64,000 bases of DNA. It comes from an uncultured Chloroflexia bacterium. Lineage in GTDB: Bacteria; Chloroflexota; Limnocylindria; QHBO01. The notes below the pieces were generated by a model. That model was given only the letters and a program-made list of their open reading frames with translations, made no database searches and was not told the origin of the DNA. The position numbers were made by a program, and so were the translations under genes. Shown here piece after piece: positions 8,652 to 18,822 of the stretch. The number at the start of each line of letters is the position of its first letter. The first letter of the stretch is position 1. The stretch covers positions 94,094 through 158,093 of the forward strand of contig CAWIXR010000005.1 of the NCBI GenBank assembly GCA_963840145.1, given 5' to 3'.

Positions 8652-9764
8652 ATGGAGCAGCCGGCCGCCCGTCTCGAGCTCGACGCGATCCGGCACGCCC
8701 CGAAGGTCCTCCTCCACGATCACCTCGATGGCGGGCTGCGGCCCGGCACGGTGATCGAGCTCGCGGCGGAGGCCGGCTACCGCGAGCTGCCGACGACCGA
8801 TCCCGACGAGCTCGCCAAGTGGTTCACGTCGGGCGCCGACCGCAAGGCGCTCGAGCTCTACCTCGAGGGATTTCGGCATACGACCGCGGTGATGCAGACG
8901 CGCGACGCGATCGAGCGGGTGAGCGCCGAGTGCGTCGAGGACCTCGCCGCGGACGGCATCGTCTACGCCGAGGTGCGCATGGCCCCGGAGCTCCTGACCG
9001 ATGGCGGCCTGACCCTTGACGAGTCGGTCGAGGCGATGCTGGCGGGCTTCAGTCGCGGATCTGAAGGTCGGCCGATCACCGTCGGCCTGATCGTCACCGC
9101 GATGCGCCAGGCCGCACGCTCCGTCGAGATCGCCGAGGTGGCGGTCCGCCACCGCGATAACGGCGTGGTCGGGTTCGACATCGCCGGACCGGAGGCGGGC
9201 TACCCGCCGACGCGGCACCTTGACGCCTTCAACCTCATCGCCCACGAGAACTTCCACTTCACGATCCACGCCGGCGAGGGCTTCGGGCTTCCGTCGATCT
9301 GGGAGGCGCTGCAGTGGTGCGGCGCCGAGCGGCTCGGCCACGGCGTGCGCATCGTCGACGACATCACGCTGCGCCCCGACGGCCGCGTGGCGCTCGGGCG
9401 GCTCGCCTCGTACGTGCGCGACACGCGCGTGCCCCTCGAGATGTGCCCGACCTCGAACGTGCACACCGGGGCCGCGCCCTCGATCGAGGAGCATCCGATC
9501 GACCTGCTGCGCCGCCTGCGCTTCCGGGTCACCGTCAACACCGACAACCGGCTGATGAGCGGCATCACCCTGAGCTCGGAGTTCGCGACGCTGGTCCGCG
9601 CGTTCGGCATCGGCCTGGACGACATGGAGTGGCTGACGTTGAACGCGATGAAGTCGGCGTTCTGGCCGTTCGACGGCCGGCTGCGGATCATCAACGAGCA
9701 GATCAAGCCCGGCTACGCCTCGCTGCGCGCCGCCCAGGCAGCCGCCGACCTCGCCACCGCGTGA
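8652..9764 (+). CDS. add: adenosine deaminase
   Basis: [12 protein letters not shown] and HAGE motifs. 370 aa. Confidence 0.85.
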   Translation: MEQPAARLELDAIRHAPKVLLHDHLDGGLRPGTVIELAAEAGYRELPTTDPDELAKWFTSGADRKALELYLEGFRHTTAVMQTRDAIERVSAECVEDLAADGIVYAEVRMAPELLTDGGLTLDESVEAMLAGFSRGSEGRPITVGLIVTAMRQAARSVEIAEVAVRHRDNGVVGFDIAGPEAGYPPTRHLDAFNLIAHENFHFTIHAGEGFGLPSIWEALQWCGAERLGHGVRIVDDITLRPDGRVALGRLASYVRDTRVPLEMCPTSNVHTGAAPSIEEHPIDLLRRLRFRVTVNTDNRLMSGITLSSEFATLVRAFGIGLDDMEWLTLNAMKSAFWPFDGRLRIINEQIKPGYASLRAAQAAADLATA

Positions 9765-9865
9765 CCGTCACCGCGTAACCGCGGGCGTAACGGTTTCAGG
9801 ACCCTGTGCGCTTCCCGGGCGCACTGACGCGCCCGCGTGCCGGATCCGGAGAAAGGAGCTGTGAC

Positions 9866-10381
9866 GTGGGCAAACGCCGCTTCCGCGGGTCCATCGCCCG
9901 TTCGTCGATCATCGCGGTCCTGCTGGTGAGCATTGCGGCGGGGGTCGCGGCCTCGAACTCGAACCGCCTTCGGGCCGAGCTGCTCGGCACGAACGAGATC
10001 CCGGTCGCCGACCTCGATGGTCGCGGCAAGGCATCGGTCCGGCTCGACGTCGAAAACGGAGAGGTCTGCTTCGAGGTCTCGTTCGAGCGCGGCGGCACGG
10101 CAAACCGCGGGCACATCCACCGCGGCGACGCCACCGTCGCCAGTGGTCCGATCGTGGTCGCCTTCTTCGACCTCCAGACCGCGGCGAGCGTGAACGACCC
10201 GCGACACGACCAGCTCGAGCGGCGGAACCGCCTGAGCGGCTGCGTGGACGCGGCGCCGGCGCTCATCGCCGAGATCCAGGACAACCCGTCGGGCTTCTAC
10301 GTCAACCTGCACAACGCCAGGTTCCCGGCCGGATTCGTGCGCGGGCAGCTGCGCGCCGGCGGCGGGGCTGACGACGATTGA
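9866..10381 (+). CDS. CHRD domain-containing secreted protein
   Basis: GHIHRG...NPSGFYVNLHNARFPAGFVRGQL is the CHRD signature. The GTG start at 9866 is preceded by AAAGGAG. Confidence 0.65.
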   Translation: MGKRRFRGSIARSSIIAVLLVSIAAGVAASNSNRLRAELLGTNEIPVADLDGRGKASVRLDVENGEVCFEVSFERGGTANRGHIHRGDATVASGPIVVAFFDLQTAASVNDPRHDQLERRNRLSGCVDAAPALIAEIQDNPSGFYVNLHNARFPAGFVRGQLRAGGGADDD

Positions 10382-10419
10382 GTTCGGCTGCCTGACCTGA
10401 GCCGCGGGTCGAACGTCCG

Positions 10420-12021
10420 TCAGCCGAAGGCGAACTCCTCGGCCGTTGCCGAGGGGACGATGTCCGGCTGGCGGGCCATCCGGAAGGAGATCACCAGCCC
10501 GACGAGTGCCGCGATCAGCGGGACGAGCAAGGCGACCTGGAGGGCCAGGGGTCGAGCCTCGGTGTTGATGCGCACGACCTCGTCGGCGATCTCCTCGGGC
10601 TGCTCCGCGAGTAGGGCATCGAGCTGCGCGTTGCTCAGCAGCTGCGCGTCCTCCTCGAGCACCTCGGCGACTCGCGCCTTGTCGTCGGGGGGCAGGACCG
10701 TGCTCGCGTTCGAGAGCGACGTGAAGGCGACCGACAGCGTCGCGAGCATCACGCCACCGGCGAGGGCCAGCCCGAATGACAGGCCGAAGGAGCCGGCGGC
10801 CGAGTTCACGCCCGCCGCCTCGCTGATGCGCTCCTCCGAGATCGGTGCCAGCGTGTAGTTGTTCAGCTGCGAGACGAGCAGCCCCAGCCCGGCGCCGGCG
10901 ATCATCAGCGGGATCGCCAGCCACCAGCCGGAGTCGACGCGCGGGACGAGCGGGATGATGATCGCGATCCCGACCGCGAGCAGCACGTAGCCAATGCGGA
11001 TGATGCTGCTCGCTCGACGCTTGCCGGCCATGCGCCCGGCGAGGAGGGCGACGGCGAACATCGTCAGCGACAGCGGCGCCAGCGACAGGCCGGCCTCGAG
11101 CGCGTTGTACTCGAGCACCATCTGGAGAAAGATCGGCAGGACGATCATCATCCCGCCCAGCGCGATCTGCTGGAGCCCCTGGCCCGTGATCCCGAGCCGG
11201 AAGATCGCCGAGCGAAGGAGATCGGGGTCGAGCAACGGAGCGTTGCCGGTGCGCTTCTGGCGGAGCAGCCACCACCCCAGGCTCGCGAGCGCCACGGCGC
11301 CCACCGCCAGCAGCGCGACGACCGGTCCGCCGCCCTCCTGCCAGACCAGGATCCCGAGCACGATGCCGCCCATGCCGGCGACGCTGAGAACCGCGCCGAC
11401 GACGTCGATGCGCCGGTCACCAGTGAACGGAACGTCCTTCACGAGGCCGAGGCCGAGCAGCACGACGCCGATGATGACCGCCTCCAACGCGAACCCGACG
11501 CGCCAGGAGAGGAAGGTCGTCACGAAGCCGCCCAGGAGTGGACCGACGGCCGCCGCAATCGCGGCCGAGGCGCCGACGAGCGCGTAGACGCGCTTCTGGG
11601 CATCGCCCTCGAAGTTGCCGTGGATGAGCGACTGCATCGCCGGCAGCAGGAGCGAGGCGCCCAGCCCGCCGAGGATCGCCCAGAAGATGATGACCGTGCG
11701 CAGGTCCTGGGCAAGCGTCATCGCGATCGCCCCGACCGCGTAGCCGAGCAGCCCGAGCACGTAGGCGCGCTTCCGACCGATGAGGTCGCCGACCTTGCTG
11801 CTGATGAGGATGAACGCCGCGGAGACGAGCGCCTCGAGCGCGATCGCCGACTGGACGCCGCTCACCGTGGTACCGAGGTCCTCGACGACGGCCGAGATCG
11901 ACACGTTCATCAGCGACGTGTCGACCACCAGGACGAACATCGCTGCCGCCAGCAGGATGGCAAGACGGAAGTTCCAGGCTCCGGCTTCGGGCTCGCTCGC
12001 CGCCGCCTCCGCTGCTGTCAT
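10420..12021 (-). CDS. MFS transporter, DHA2 (EmrB/QacA) family, 14 TMS
   Basis: 533 aa with a 14-helix hydrophobic profile and GDLIGRKR-type motifs. Confidence 0.8.
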   Translation of the reverse strand: MTAAEAAASEPEAGAWNFRLAILLAAAMFVLVVDTSLMNVSISAVVEDLGTTVSGVQSAIALEALVSAAFILISSKVGDLIGRKRAYVLGLLGYAVGAIAMTLAQDLRTVIIFWAILGGLGASLLLPAMQSLIHGNFEGDAQKRVYALVGASAAIAAAVGPLLGGFVTTFLSWRVGFALEAVIIGVVLLGLGLVKDVPFTGDRRIDVVGAVLSVAGMGGIVLGILVWQEGGGPVVALLAVGAVALASLGWWLLRQKRTGNAPLLDPDLLRSAIFRLGITGQGLQQIALGGMMIVLPIFLQMVLEYNALEAGLSLAPLSLTMFAVALLAGRMAGKRRASSIIRIGYVLLAVGIAIIIPLVPRVDSGWWLAIPLMIAGAGLGLLVSQLNNYTLAPISEERISEAAGVNSAAGSFGLSFGLALAGGVMLATLSVAFTSLSNASTVLPPDDKARVAEVLEEDAQLLSNAQLDALLAEQPEEIADEVVRINTEARPLALQVALLVPLIAALVGLVISFRMARQPDIVPSATAEEFAFG

Positions 12022-12061
12022 CTGGCGCTCCTTGTCTCGATGGACTGGCTTGGGCCTGCGA

Positions 12062-12949
12062 TCATCGCACGATGGCCGACCCGGCCGCGGATGCCCGCAC
12101 CGCGTCCTCGAGGACCGCGGCCTCGTCGGGCGTCAACGCTCGCAGGGGCGCGCGCATGTCGGGGCCGACCGGGACGCCGCGCGTGCCGAGCACGTGCTTC
12201 ACCGCGGCGATGAACTGGCCGCTGGCCTCCACGTCGGCCCGCAGCTTCGCCAGGCGCACTCCAGCCTCCTCGTCGGGGGCGTCGAGCGCCTCGCGCACGA
12301 CGTCGGGGAACGCGGCCGCCATCCCGGACACCGTGCCGATCGCACCGCGCGCGACCCCGGCCGGGATCAGCGGCTCGTTGCCGATCAGCACGGGCAGCCC
12401 GAGCTCGAGGTACGGAGCCACCCGTTCGAACGGCGACTCGCTGACCTTCAATCCGGCCAGATTGTCGACGGATGCCGCGATGCGCTGGATGACCTCCACC
12501 GGCAGCGGGTAGCCCGAGCGGGCGGTGAACGCGTAGCAGTAGAACGGCAGTGGGGCGCAGGCGCGTGCGGCGGCCACGAAGTGCGCCGTCAGCGAGGCGT
12601 CGTCGAGCGGGAAGTACGGCGGCGGGATGACCGCGACCGCATCGGCCCCGAGCTCCGCGGCATCGCCGGCAAGCGCGACCGTGTCGGCCGTCGTCTGGGC
12701 GCCGGCATGGACGATGAGCGCGCCGCGCAGCGAGGCGCGGAACGCCCGGGCGACGCGGCGTCGCTCCTCGAGCGTCAGGAGGATCCCCTCGCCGGTCGTG
12801 CCGCACGCGAAGACGCCATCGGCCCCGTGCGACTCCAGGAAGGCCACGTACGGACCGATCGCCCCCTCGTCGAGCTGCGAGCCATCGTCGCGCAGCGGCG
12901 TGACGGCGGCGACGACGAGCGGCCGGTGGCCGAGATCGGTCAGGGTCAT
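12062..12949 (-). CDS. dihydrodipicolinate synthase/N-acetylneuraminate lyase family protein
   Basis: GTTGEG motif and an active-site Lys region (AGLKVS). Confidence 0.75.
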   Translation of the reverse strand: MTLTDLGHRPLVVAAVTPLRDDGSQLDEGAIGPYVAFLESHGADGVFACGTTGEGILLTLEERRRVARAFRASLRGALIVHAGAQTTADTVALAGDAAELGADAVAVIPPPYFPLDDASLTAHFVAAARACAPLPFYCYAFTARSGYPLPVEVIQRIAASVDNLAGLKVSESPFERVAPYLELGLPVLIGNEPLIPAGVARGAIGTVSGMAAAFPDVVREALDAPDEEAGVRLAKLRADVEASGQFIAAVKHVLGTRGVPVGPDMRAPLRALTPDEAAVLEDAVRASAAGSAIVR

Positions 12950-13097
12950 CCGCGGATCCTAGTGGGCAGGCATGTGCCATGCACTGCGGTATCTGTCCTC
13001 TTCGACCGGCTGCTCTCCCCCTGAGCGAGGGCCGGCCTCGGTGTAGACTCGTTCGCGCCACTCGAAGCTCGCTGGATTTGAGGGTTCTCCCAGCTCA

Positions 13098-13340
13098 ATG
13101 ACCTACGTCATCACCGAGCCGTGCATCGGCGTCAAGGACGCGTCGTGTGTCGACGTCTGCCCGGTCGATTGCATCCACGCGACCGAGGACGACGCGATGT
13201 ACTTCATCGACCCCGACGAGTGCATCGACTGCGGGGCGTGCGAGCCGGAGTGCCCGGTGACCGCGATCTTCGCCGAGGACGCAACGCCCGACGACCAGCA
13301 GCAGTACATCCAGATCAACGCCGACTACTTCAAGCGCTGA
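13098..13340 (+). CDS. ferredoxin (FdxA-type 7Fe/4Fe-4S)
   Basis: CIGVKDASCVDVCPVDCIH...CIDCGACEPECP. Confidence 0.85.
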   Translation: MTYVITEPCIGVKDASCVDVCPVDCIHATEDDAMYFIDPDECIDCGACEPECPVTAIFAEDATPDDQQQYIQINADYFKR

Positions 13341-13350
13341 GCTGCCGCAG

Positions 13351-13659
13351 ATGCCGCGACTGATCGCCCTGTACAACGCCCCCGATGATCCCGACGCCTT
13401 CGACGCCCACTACCGCGACGTCCACACCCCGATCGTCGCGCGCTACCCGAACCTGCGCGAGACGCGTTTGACGAAGCCCGCCGGCGTCGCCGGCCGTCCG
13501 CCGCCGTTCTACCTGATGGCCGAGATGGCCTTCGACTCCGACGCCGACCTCGACGAGGCGCTCACCTCCGAGGCCGGTGCCGAGAGCGCGCGCGACCTGC
13601 GCAACTTCGCGGGCGCCGGCGTCACGATGTTCGTCGCGCCCGACGGGGCCGATGCCTGA
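13351..13659 (+). CDS. EthD-family (TIGR02118) protein
   Basis: MPRLIALYNAPDDPDAFDAHYRDVHTPI matches the EthD family N-terminus. Confidence 0.6.
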   Translation: MPRLIALYNAPDDPDAFDAHYRDVHTPIVARYPNLRETRLTKPAGVAGRPPPFYLMAEMAFDSDADLDEALTSEAGAESARDLRNFAGAGVTMFVAPDGADA

Positions 13660-14608
13660 GCCCGGCTCGCCGGTCGCGTCGGATCCGTCGACCCTCGGCT
13701 ACCGCCGGATCCGCTACGCCCGTGATACCGATACCGGCGTGGCGACGGTCACGATCGATCGCCCCGAGGTGCTCAACGCCCTCGACCTGCCGACGATGAC
13801 CGAGCTCGCCTCCGCCTTCCAGCAGGCATCCTGGGACGATTCGGTGGCCGTGGTCGTGCTCACCGGCGCCGGCGACCGTGCGTTCTGCACCGGCGCGGAC
13901 CTCGACGAGCAGGCTCTGATGGGCCACACCTCGGGCGAGTACTGGCGCTGGATGGGCGCCTTCATCGAGATGCACGACCGGCTGCGGCACATCGGCAAGC
14001 CGACGATCGCCCGCATCAACGGCGCCTGTGTCGGCGGCGGCAACGAGCTGCAGATGGCCTGCGACCTCTCCGTGATCGTCGACGACGGCTACATCCGCCA
14101 CGTCGGGCCGGAGCACGGCTCGGTGCCGGCCGGCGGCGCGACGCAGTGGCTGCCGATCATCGTCGGGGACCGGCGCGCGCGCGAGATCATCATGCTGTGC
14201 GAGCCGGTCGCGCCGGCCCAGGCGTTGGAGTGGGGGTTGGTGTCGCGGGTCGCATCGCGTGCCGACCTCGATGCGGTCGTCGCCGACCTGGCCGCCAAGC
14301 TCGCCCGCAAGCTGCCCGAGGCGATGCGCTACACGAAGACCCAGCTCAACTGGTGGCGCGACCTCGTCTGGTCGCAGACCGTGCAGCACGCGCGCGACTG
14401 GCTGGCGGTCCACTCCACCGCCGACGAGACCCGTGAGGCGGTCGCCGCCTTCCACGAGAAGCGCCGGCCGCGATTCGCCGAGCTGCGAGGCCTCGAGGCA
14501 GGGGAAGGGCGCACCTGCCCGTCCTGCGGCGCGGCCGGGCTGCCGGCGTCGCATCGGTTCTGCGGGGAGTGCGCGGCAGAGCTGCCGAATCCGTGGGGAG
14601 CCGCCTGA
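13652..14608 (+). CDS. enoyl-CoA hydratase/isomerase (crotonase) family protein with C-terminal zinc-ribbon-like tail
   Basis: AFCTGADL oxyanion-hole motif. C-terminal CPSCG...CGEC motif. Confidence 0.75.
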   Translation: MPEPGSPVASDPSTLGYRRIRYARDTDTGVATVTIDRPEVLNALDLPTMTELASAFQQASWDDSVAVVVLTGAGDRAFCTGADLDEQALMGHTSGEYWRWMGAFIEMHDRLRHIGKPTIARINGACVGGGNELQMACDLSVIVDDGYIRHVGPEHGSVPAGGATQWLPIIVGDRRAREIIMLCEPVAPAQALEWGLVSRVASRADLDAVVADLAAKLARKLPEAMRYTKTQLNWWRDLVWSQTVQHARDWLAVHSTADETREAVAAFHEKRRPRFAELRGLEAGEGRTCPSCGAAGLPASHRFCGECAAELPNPWGAA

Positions 14609-14619
14609 TGGGGTCGGTC

Positions 14620-14635
14620 GTATATACATATATAC
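14620..14635. promoter_or_regulatory. GTATATACATATATAC element, copy 2 of 3
   Basis: AT-rich near-palindrome in a 72% GC genome. It sits 11 nt before the GTG start of the next crotonase gene. Confidence 0.4.
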
Positions 14636-14645
14636 TCCGCTCGCC

Positions 14646-15428
14646 GTGAACGACGAACCCCTCGTCCTCGTCGAGCGCCAGGCCGACCAGCGAACGGCCC
14701 TCGTCCGCCTCAACCGGCCGAAGCAGCTGAACGCGCTGAACGGCGCGGTCATGGACGCCCTCTGCGAGGCCCTGGAGGCGCTGGACAAGGACGACGAGGT
14801 CCGCGCGATCGTGGTGACCGGCAACGAGCGAGCCTTCGCCGCCGGCGCCGACATCGGTGAGATGGCCACCGCCACCCCCATCGACATGCTCGTCACCAAC
14901 CGAATCGGCCAGTGGGACCGGATCAGACGCATCACGAAGCCGGTGATCGCCGCGGTGAACGGCTGGGCGCTGGGCGGGGGATGCGAGCTGGCGATGACGC
15001 TCGACACGATCGTCGCCGGCGAGGGCGCGAAGTTCGGACAGCCCGAGATCAACATCGGTGTCATTCCCGGAGCCGGCGGGACGCAGCGGCTGAGCCGCGC
15101 CATCGGCAAGGCGAAGGCGATGGCCATGATCCTGACCGGCGACCCGATCTCCGCGCACGAGGCCCTCGAGGCAGGCCTCGTCGCGCAGGTCACCCAGGAC
15201 GAGCTCGTCGTCGAGGACGCGCTGGCGCTGGCCGCGAAGATGGCCACGAAGTCGCCGCTCGCCCTGCGGCTGGCGAAGGAGTCGGTCAACGCGGCCTACG
15301 AGATGAGCCTGACCGATGCGCTCGCCCACGAGCGACGCCTCTTCTACCTCCTGTTCGCCTCGGAGGACCAGAAGGAGGGGATGGCCGCCTTCGTCGAGAA
15401 GCGCACGCCCGAGTTCAAGGGCCGCTGA
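14646..15428 (+). CDS. enoyl-CoA hydratase
   Basis: GTG start. AFAAGADI oxyanion motif. ~260 aa canonical crotonase. Confidence 0.8.
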   Translation: MNDEPLVLVERQADQRTALVRLNRPKQLNALNGAVMDALCEALEALDKDDEVRAIVVTGNERAFAAGADIGEMATATPIDMLVTNRIGQWDRIRRITKPVIAAVNGWALGGGCELAMTLDTIVAGEGAKFGQPEINIGVIPGAGGTQRLSRAIGKAKAMAMILTGDPISAHEALEAGLVAQVTQDELVVEDALALAAKMATKSPLALRLAKESVNAAYEMSLTDALAHERRLFYLLFASEDQKEGMAAFVEKRTPEFKGR

Positions 15429-15432
15429 GCTC

Positions 15433-16395
15433 GTGACCCTCGGCAATCCCGACCGCCCGGTCGGCGGCCTGGCCGTCCCGCGCCCCGAGGGAGTCGACCT
15501 CCGACCGCTCGGCCGCGACGACTTCACCGATGCGCTCGCGCTCTCCCGCGAGCTGTACGCGCTCGACACCGATACCGATCCCGAGCCGCACCGGGCCGCC
15601 TATGAGGCGCTCGTCGGCGACGTCGACGCGACGCCGTTTCTGGCGATCGCCGACGGCACTCCGGCCGGCCTCATCGTCCACCGGCTCCGGCGGCGCCTGA
15701 ACCACGCCACCTTCGAGGGCTGGGTCAGCGACGTGTTCGTGCGCGAGCGCTTTCGCGGGCGTGGCATCGGCCGGCTGCTGCTCGGGGCGGCGATCGCGGA
15801 GTGGCGGCTGCGTGGCGGCCACCAGATGGAGCTGGAGGTCGGCTACGAGCGCACCGCGGCGCGCGGCCTGTACGAGGCGACCGGCTTTGTCGACCAGGGC
15901 AAGTACTTCGAGATCGGACCGATCCGGACGCGCGACATCGCCCTCGCCACGGGCCTCGAGATCCGCCCGATCGCCGACACCGATGCCGACTTCGAGGCCA
16001 CCACCCGGCTCCTGGCCGAGCTCGGCCGGCCCACGCCGAGCGACGAGAGGCTGCCGGCGCTGCGGCGAACGTACTCGCAGCACGTCGGCCGGGCCGACAC
16101 CGGGTCGCGGCTCGCGCTCCTCGACGGGACGCCGGTCGGCTTCGTCTCCCTCGAGTTTCGGCAGCCGTTCTTCACGCTCAGGCCGCAGGCCTGGATCCCG
16201 GACCTGATCGTCACCGAGGCCGCGCGCGGCCGCGACATCGGCGCGGCGCTGCTCGACGCCGCCTTTGCGGAGGCGCTGAAGCGGGACGCGTACTCGGTGG
16301 CGCTCGAGAGCGGGCACCACCGGGCGGTGGCGCATCGGCTCTACACCGCGGCCGGCATGGCCGACGTCGGGAGCTTCTACACGCTCGCTCGCTGA
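15433..16395 (+). CDS. tandem GNAT N-acetyltransferase
   Basis: Two acetyl-CoA-binding R/Q-x-x-G-x-G/A segments (RGRGIGRLL, RGRDIGAAL). Confidence 0.65.
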   Translation: MTLGNPDRPVGGLAVPRPEGVDLRPLGRDDFTDALALSRELYALDTDTDPEPHRAAYEALVGDVDATPFLAIADGTPAGLIVHRLRRRLNHATFEGWVSDVFVRERFRGRGIGRLLLGAAIAEWRLRGGHQMELEVGYERTAARGLYEATGFVDQGKYFEIGPIRTRDIALATGLEIRPIADTDADFEATTRLLAELGRPTPSDERLPALRRTYSQHVGRADTGSRLALLDGTPVGFVSLEFRQPFFTLRPQAWIPDLIVTEAARGRDIGAALLDAAFAEALKRDAYSVALESGHHRAVAHRLYTAAGMADVGSFYTLAR

Positions 16396-16482
16396 GCGAA
16401 TGGCCGGTCGGTACGCATCATGCAAGAAGGAAGGGTGCACGAGCGCGCACGGCCTACGTGTGCCCGTCCGAAGGAGGTATGA

Positions 16483-16752
16483 ATGAGCATCATTGCATGG
16501 TTGGTCGTCGGTGCGATCGCCGGCTTCATCGCCAGCCGTCTTGTCCCCGGTGACGAGGGATATGGCGTGATTGGCGGCCTGGTCGCCGGGATCGTTGGCG
16601 CCCTGTTGGGCGGTTTCCTGTTCGGCCTGCTGACCAATACGGACTGGACGACCGGGATCAACATCCCGACGCTCATCGCCGCGATCGTCGGTGCGATCAT
16701 CGTCGTGTTCCTGTGGAACATGGTGGCTCGCAACCGCGGGTCCGCGGTCTAG
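16483..16752 (+). CDS. GlsB/YeaQ/YmgE family stress-response membrane protein
   Basis: 89 aa with Gly-rich TM helices. GGAGG RBS. Confidence 0.7.
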   Translation: MSIIAWLVVGAIAGFIASRLVPGDEGYGVIGGLVAGIVGALLGGFLFGLLTNTDWTTGINIPTLIAAIVGAIIVVFLWNMVARNRGSAV

Positions 16753-16828
16753 CAGACGCCCAGACCGATGCGCCCGGCGCCTATGGCGCCGGGCGTTTTC
16801 GTTTTGGGCCGCGGCTACAATCGGCCGC

Positions 16829-17614
16829 GTGCCTGACGAGCCCGCATCGCCGCTGCTCAGCGAGGTCGCCGACGGCGTCGCGACCCTCACGCTGAACCGG
16901 CCCGATGCCCTCAACGCGCTCAACGGCCAGCTCCGCAGCGAGCTGCTGGCCGCCTTCAAGGCCGCCGCCCGTGACGGCGCGACGCGCGCCGTCTTGATCA
17001 CCGGGGCCGGCCGCGGCTTCTGTGCCGGCGCCGACCTGCGCGGCGGGAGCGCGGAGCGCGACTTCCGGACCGTGCTGACCGCCGAGTACAACCCACTGAT
17101 CGAGGCGATCCGCGGCCTTCCGAAGCCGGTCGTGGCCGCGGTCAACGGCGTCGCCGCGGGAGCCGGGGTCAGCCTGGCGCTCGCCGCCGACGTCGTCGTC
17201 GCGTCCGAAGAGGCGCGGTTCGTGCCCGCCTTCAGCCGCATCGGCCTCGTGCCCGATTCCGGCCTGGCACGCATGCTCGTTCGCACGCTCGGCCGGCACC
17301 GCGCCTTCGAGATCCTGATGGGGGAGCGCCAGCTCGGCGCGAACGAAGCCCGAGATCTCGGGCTGGTCGCGGCAGTCGTCCCTGCGGAGCGCCTGGCGGA
17401 GGCTGCGCGCGAGCTTGCGCAGCGGATGGCTGCCGGTCCCACTGCGGCGATCGGCCTGACGAAGCGGCTGCTCAATGCCGCCGAGGACGCGACCCTGCCC
17501 GAGGTGCTCGCGGCCGAGGCCGCGCTGCAGGAGCTTGCCGGCCGCACCGACGACCACGCCGAGGGCGTCGCCGCCTTCGGCGAGAAGCGCGACCCGCGGT
17601 TCGCCGGGCGGTGA
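16829..17614 (+). CDS. enoyl-CoA hydratase
   Basis: GFCAGADL motif. GTG start. Confidence 0.8.
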   Translation: MPDEPASPLLSEVADGVATLTLNRPDALNALNGQLRSELLAAFKAAARDGATRAVLITGAGRGFCAGADLRGGSAERDFRTVLTAEYNPLIEAIRGLPKPVVAAVNGVAAGAGVSLALAADVVVASEEARFVPAFSRIGLVPDSGLARMLVRTLGRHRAFEILMGERQLGANEARDLGLVAAVVPAERLAEAARELAQRMAAGPTAAIGLTKRLLNAAEDATLPEVLAAEAALQELAGRTDDHAEGVAAFGEKRDPRFAGR

Positions 17615-18819
17615 ACGAGATCCACACTGTCGGCGTGCTCGGCGCCGGCACGATGGGCGCGGGGATCGTGCAGGTCGCCGCGGAGGCCGGGCTCGGCGTC
17701 CTCGTTCACGACCCGCTCGACGGCGCCACCGAGCGCGCGCGGGAGCGCATCGGCGGTTTCCTGGAACGCAAGGTGGAGAAGGGGGAGCTGGACGCGAACG
17801 ACGCGGCCGATGCCCTCGCCCGCGTCCGTCCCGTCGACAGCATCGAGGCGCTCTCCGCCGCCGACCTCGTCGTCGAGGCCATCCCCGAGGACCTGGCCCT
17901 CAAGCGCGACGCCTTCCGTCGTCTCGACGCGACCGCGGCCAAGGGCGCGATCCTGGCGTCGAACACGAGCTCGCTGTCGATCGCCGCGATCGCCTCGATT
18001 ACCCAGCACCCGGAACGCGTCGTCGGGATGCACTTCTTCAACCCCGTGCCGCTGATGGCGCTGGTGGAGGTCATCGCCGGCCCGTCGACGACCGCCGAGG
18101 TGACCGACGCGGTCGCCATCCTTGCCCGACGCCTCGGCAAGACGCCCGTCGTCGCCGCCGACACCCCGGGCTTCATCGTCAACCGCGTGGCGCGGCCGTA
18201 CTACCTCGAGGCGTTCCGCATCGTCGGCGAGGGCGGCGCGGGCGTGGACGGGGTGGACGACGCGATGCGCGGCATCGGCTTCCGGATGGGGCCGTTCGAG
18301 CTCATCGACGCCATCGGTGCCGACGTGAACTTCGCGGTCAGCACCACGGTCTTCGAGCAGTTCTTCGGCGACCCGCGCTACCGCCCGCACCCGCTCCAGC
18401 GGACGCTCGTCGAGTCCGGGCGGCTCGGTCGCAAGTCGAATGGCGGGTGCTACGACTACTCGGCCGATGGCGAGCGCGGCGCGCCCTGGACCGGCCTCGC
18501 CCGCCGCGCCGAGGGCCCGCAGGCCGTTCGCCTCCAGCCGGCGCAGGTCGAGGCCCGCATCCTGGCCACGATCGTCAACGAGGCCGCCTCGGCGGTCGCC
18601 GACGGCGTGGCCACGCCGGAGTCGATCGACACCGCCATGCGGCTCGGCACGAACTGGCCGGATGGCCCGCTCGCCTGGGGCGAGCGCATCGGCCTTGCAT
18701 CGGTCGTCCACACGCTCGACGCCTTGCACGCCGCGGTGCCCGACGGGCGCTACCGCACCGTGCCCGTGCTGCGGTCGCTTGCCGAGTCGGGCGGCTCGTT
18801 CTTCGCGTCTCGACACTGA
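17611..18819 (+). CDS. 3-hydroxyacyl-CoA dehydrogenase (NAD-binding), long form
   Basis: GVLGAGTMGAGI Rossmann motif, HFFNP motif and a C-terminal dimerisation domain. GTGA-coupled to the upstream hydratase. Confidence 0.85.
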   Translation: MNEIHTVGVLGAGTMGAGIVQVAAEAGLGVLVHDPLDGATERARERIGGFLERKVEKGELDANDAADALARVRPVDSIEALSAADLVVEAIPEDLALKRDAFRRLDATAAKGAILASNTSSLSIAAIASITQHPERVVGMHFFNPVPLMALVEVIAGPSTTAEVTDAVAILARRLGKTPVVAADTPGFIVNRVARPYYLEAFRIVGEGGAGVDGVDDAMRGIGFRMGPFELIDAIGADVNFAVSTTVFEQFFGDPRYRPHPLQRTLVESGRLGRKSNGGCYDYSADGERGAPWTGLARRAEGPQAVRLQPAQVEARILATIVNEAASAVADGVATPESIDTAMRLGTNWPDGPLAWGERIGLASVVHTLDALHAAVPDGRYRTVPVLRSLAESGGSFFASRH

Positions 18820-18822
18820 CCG

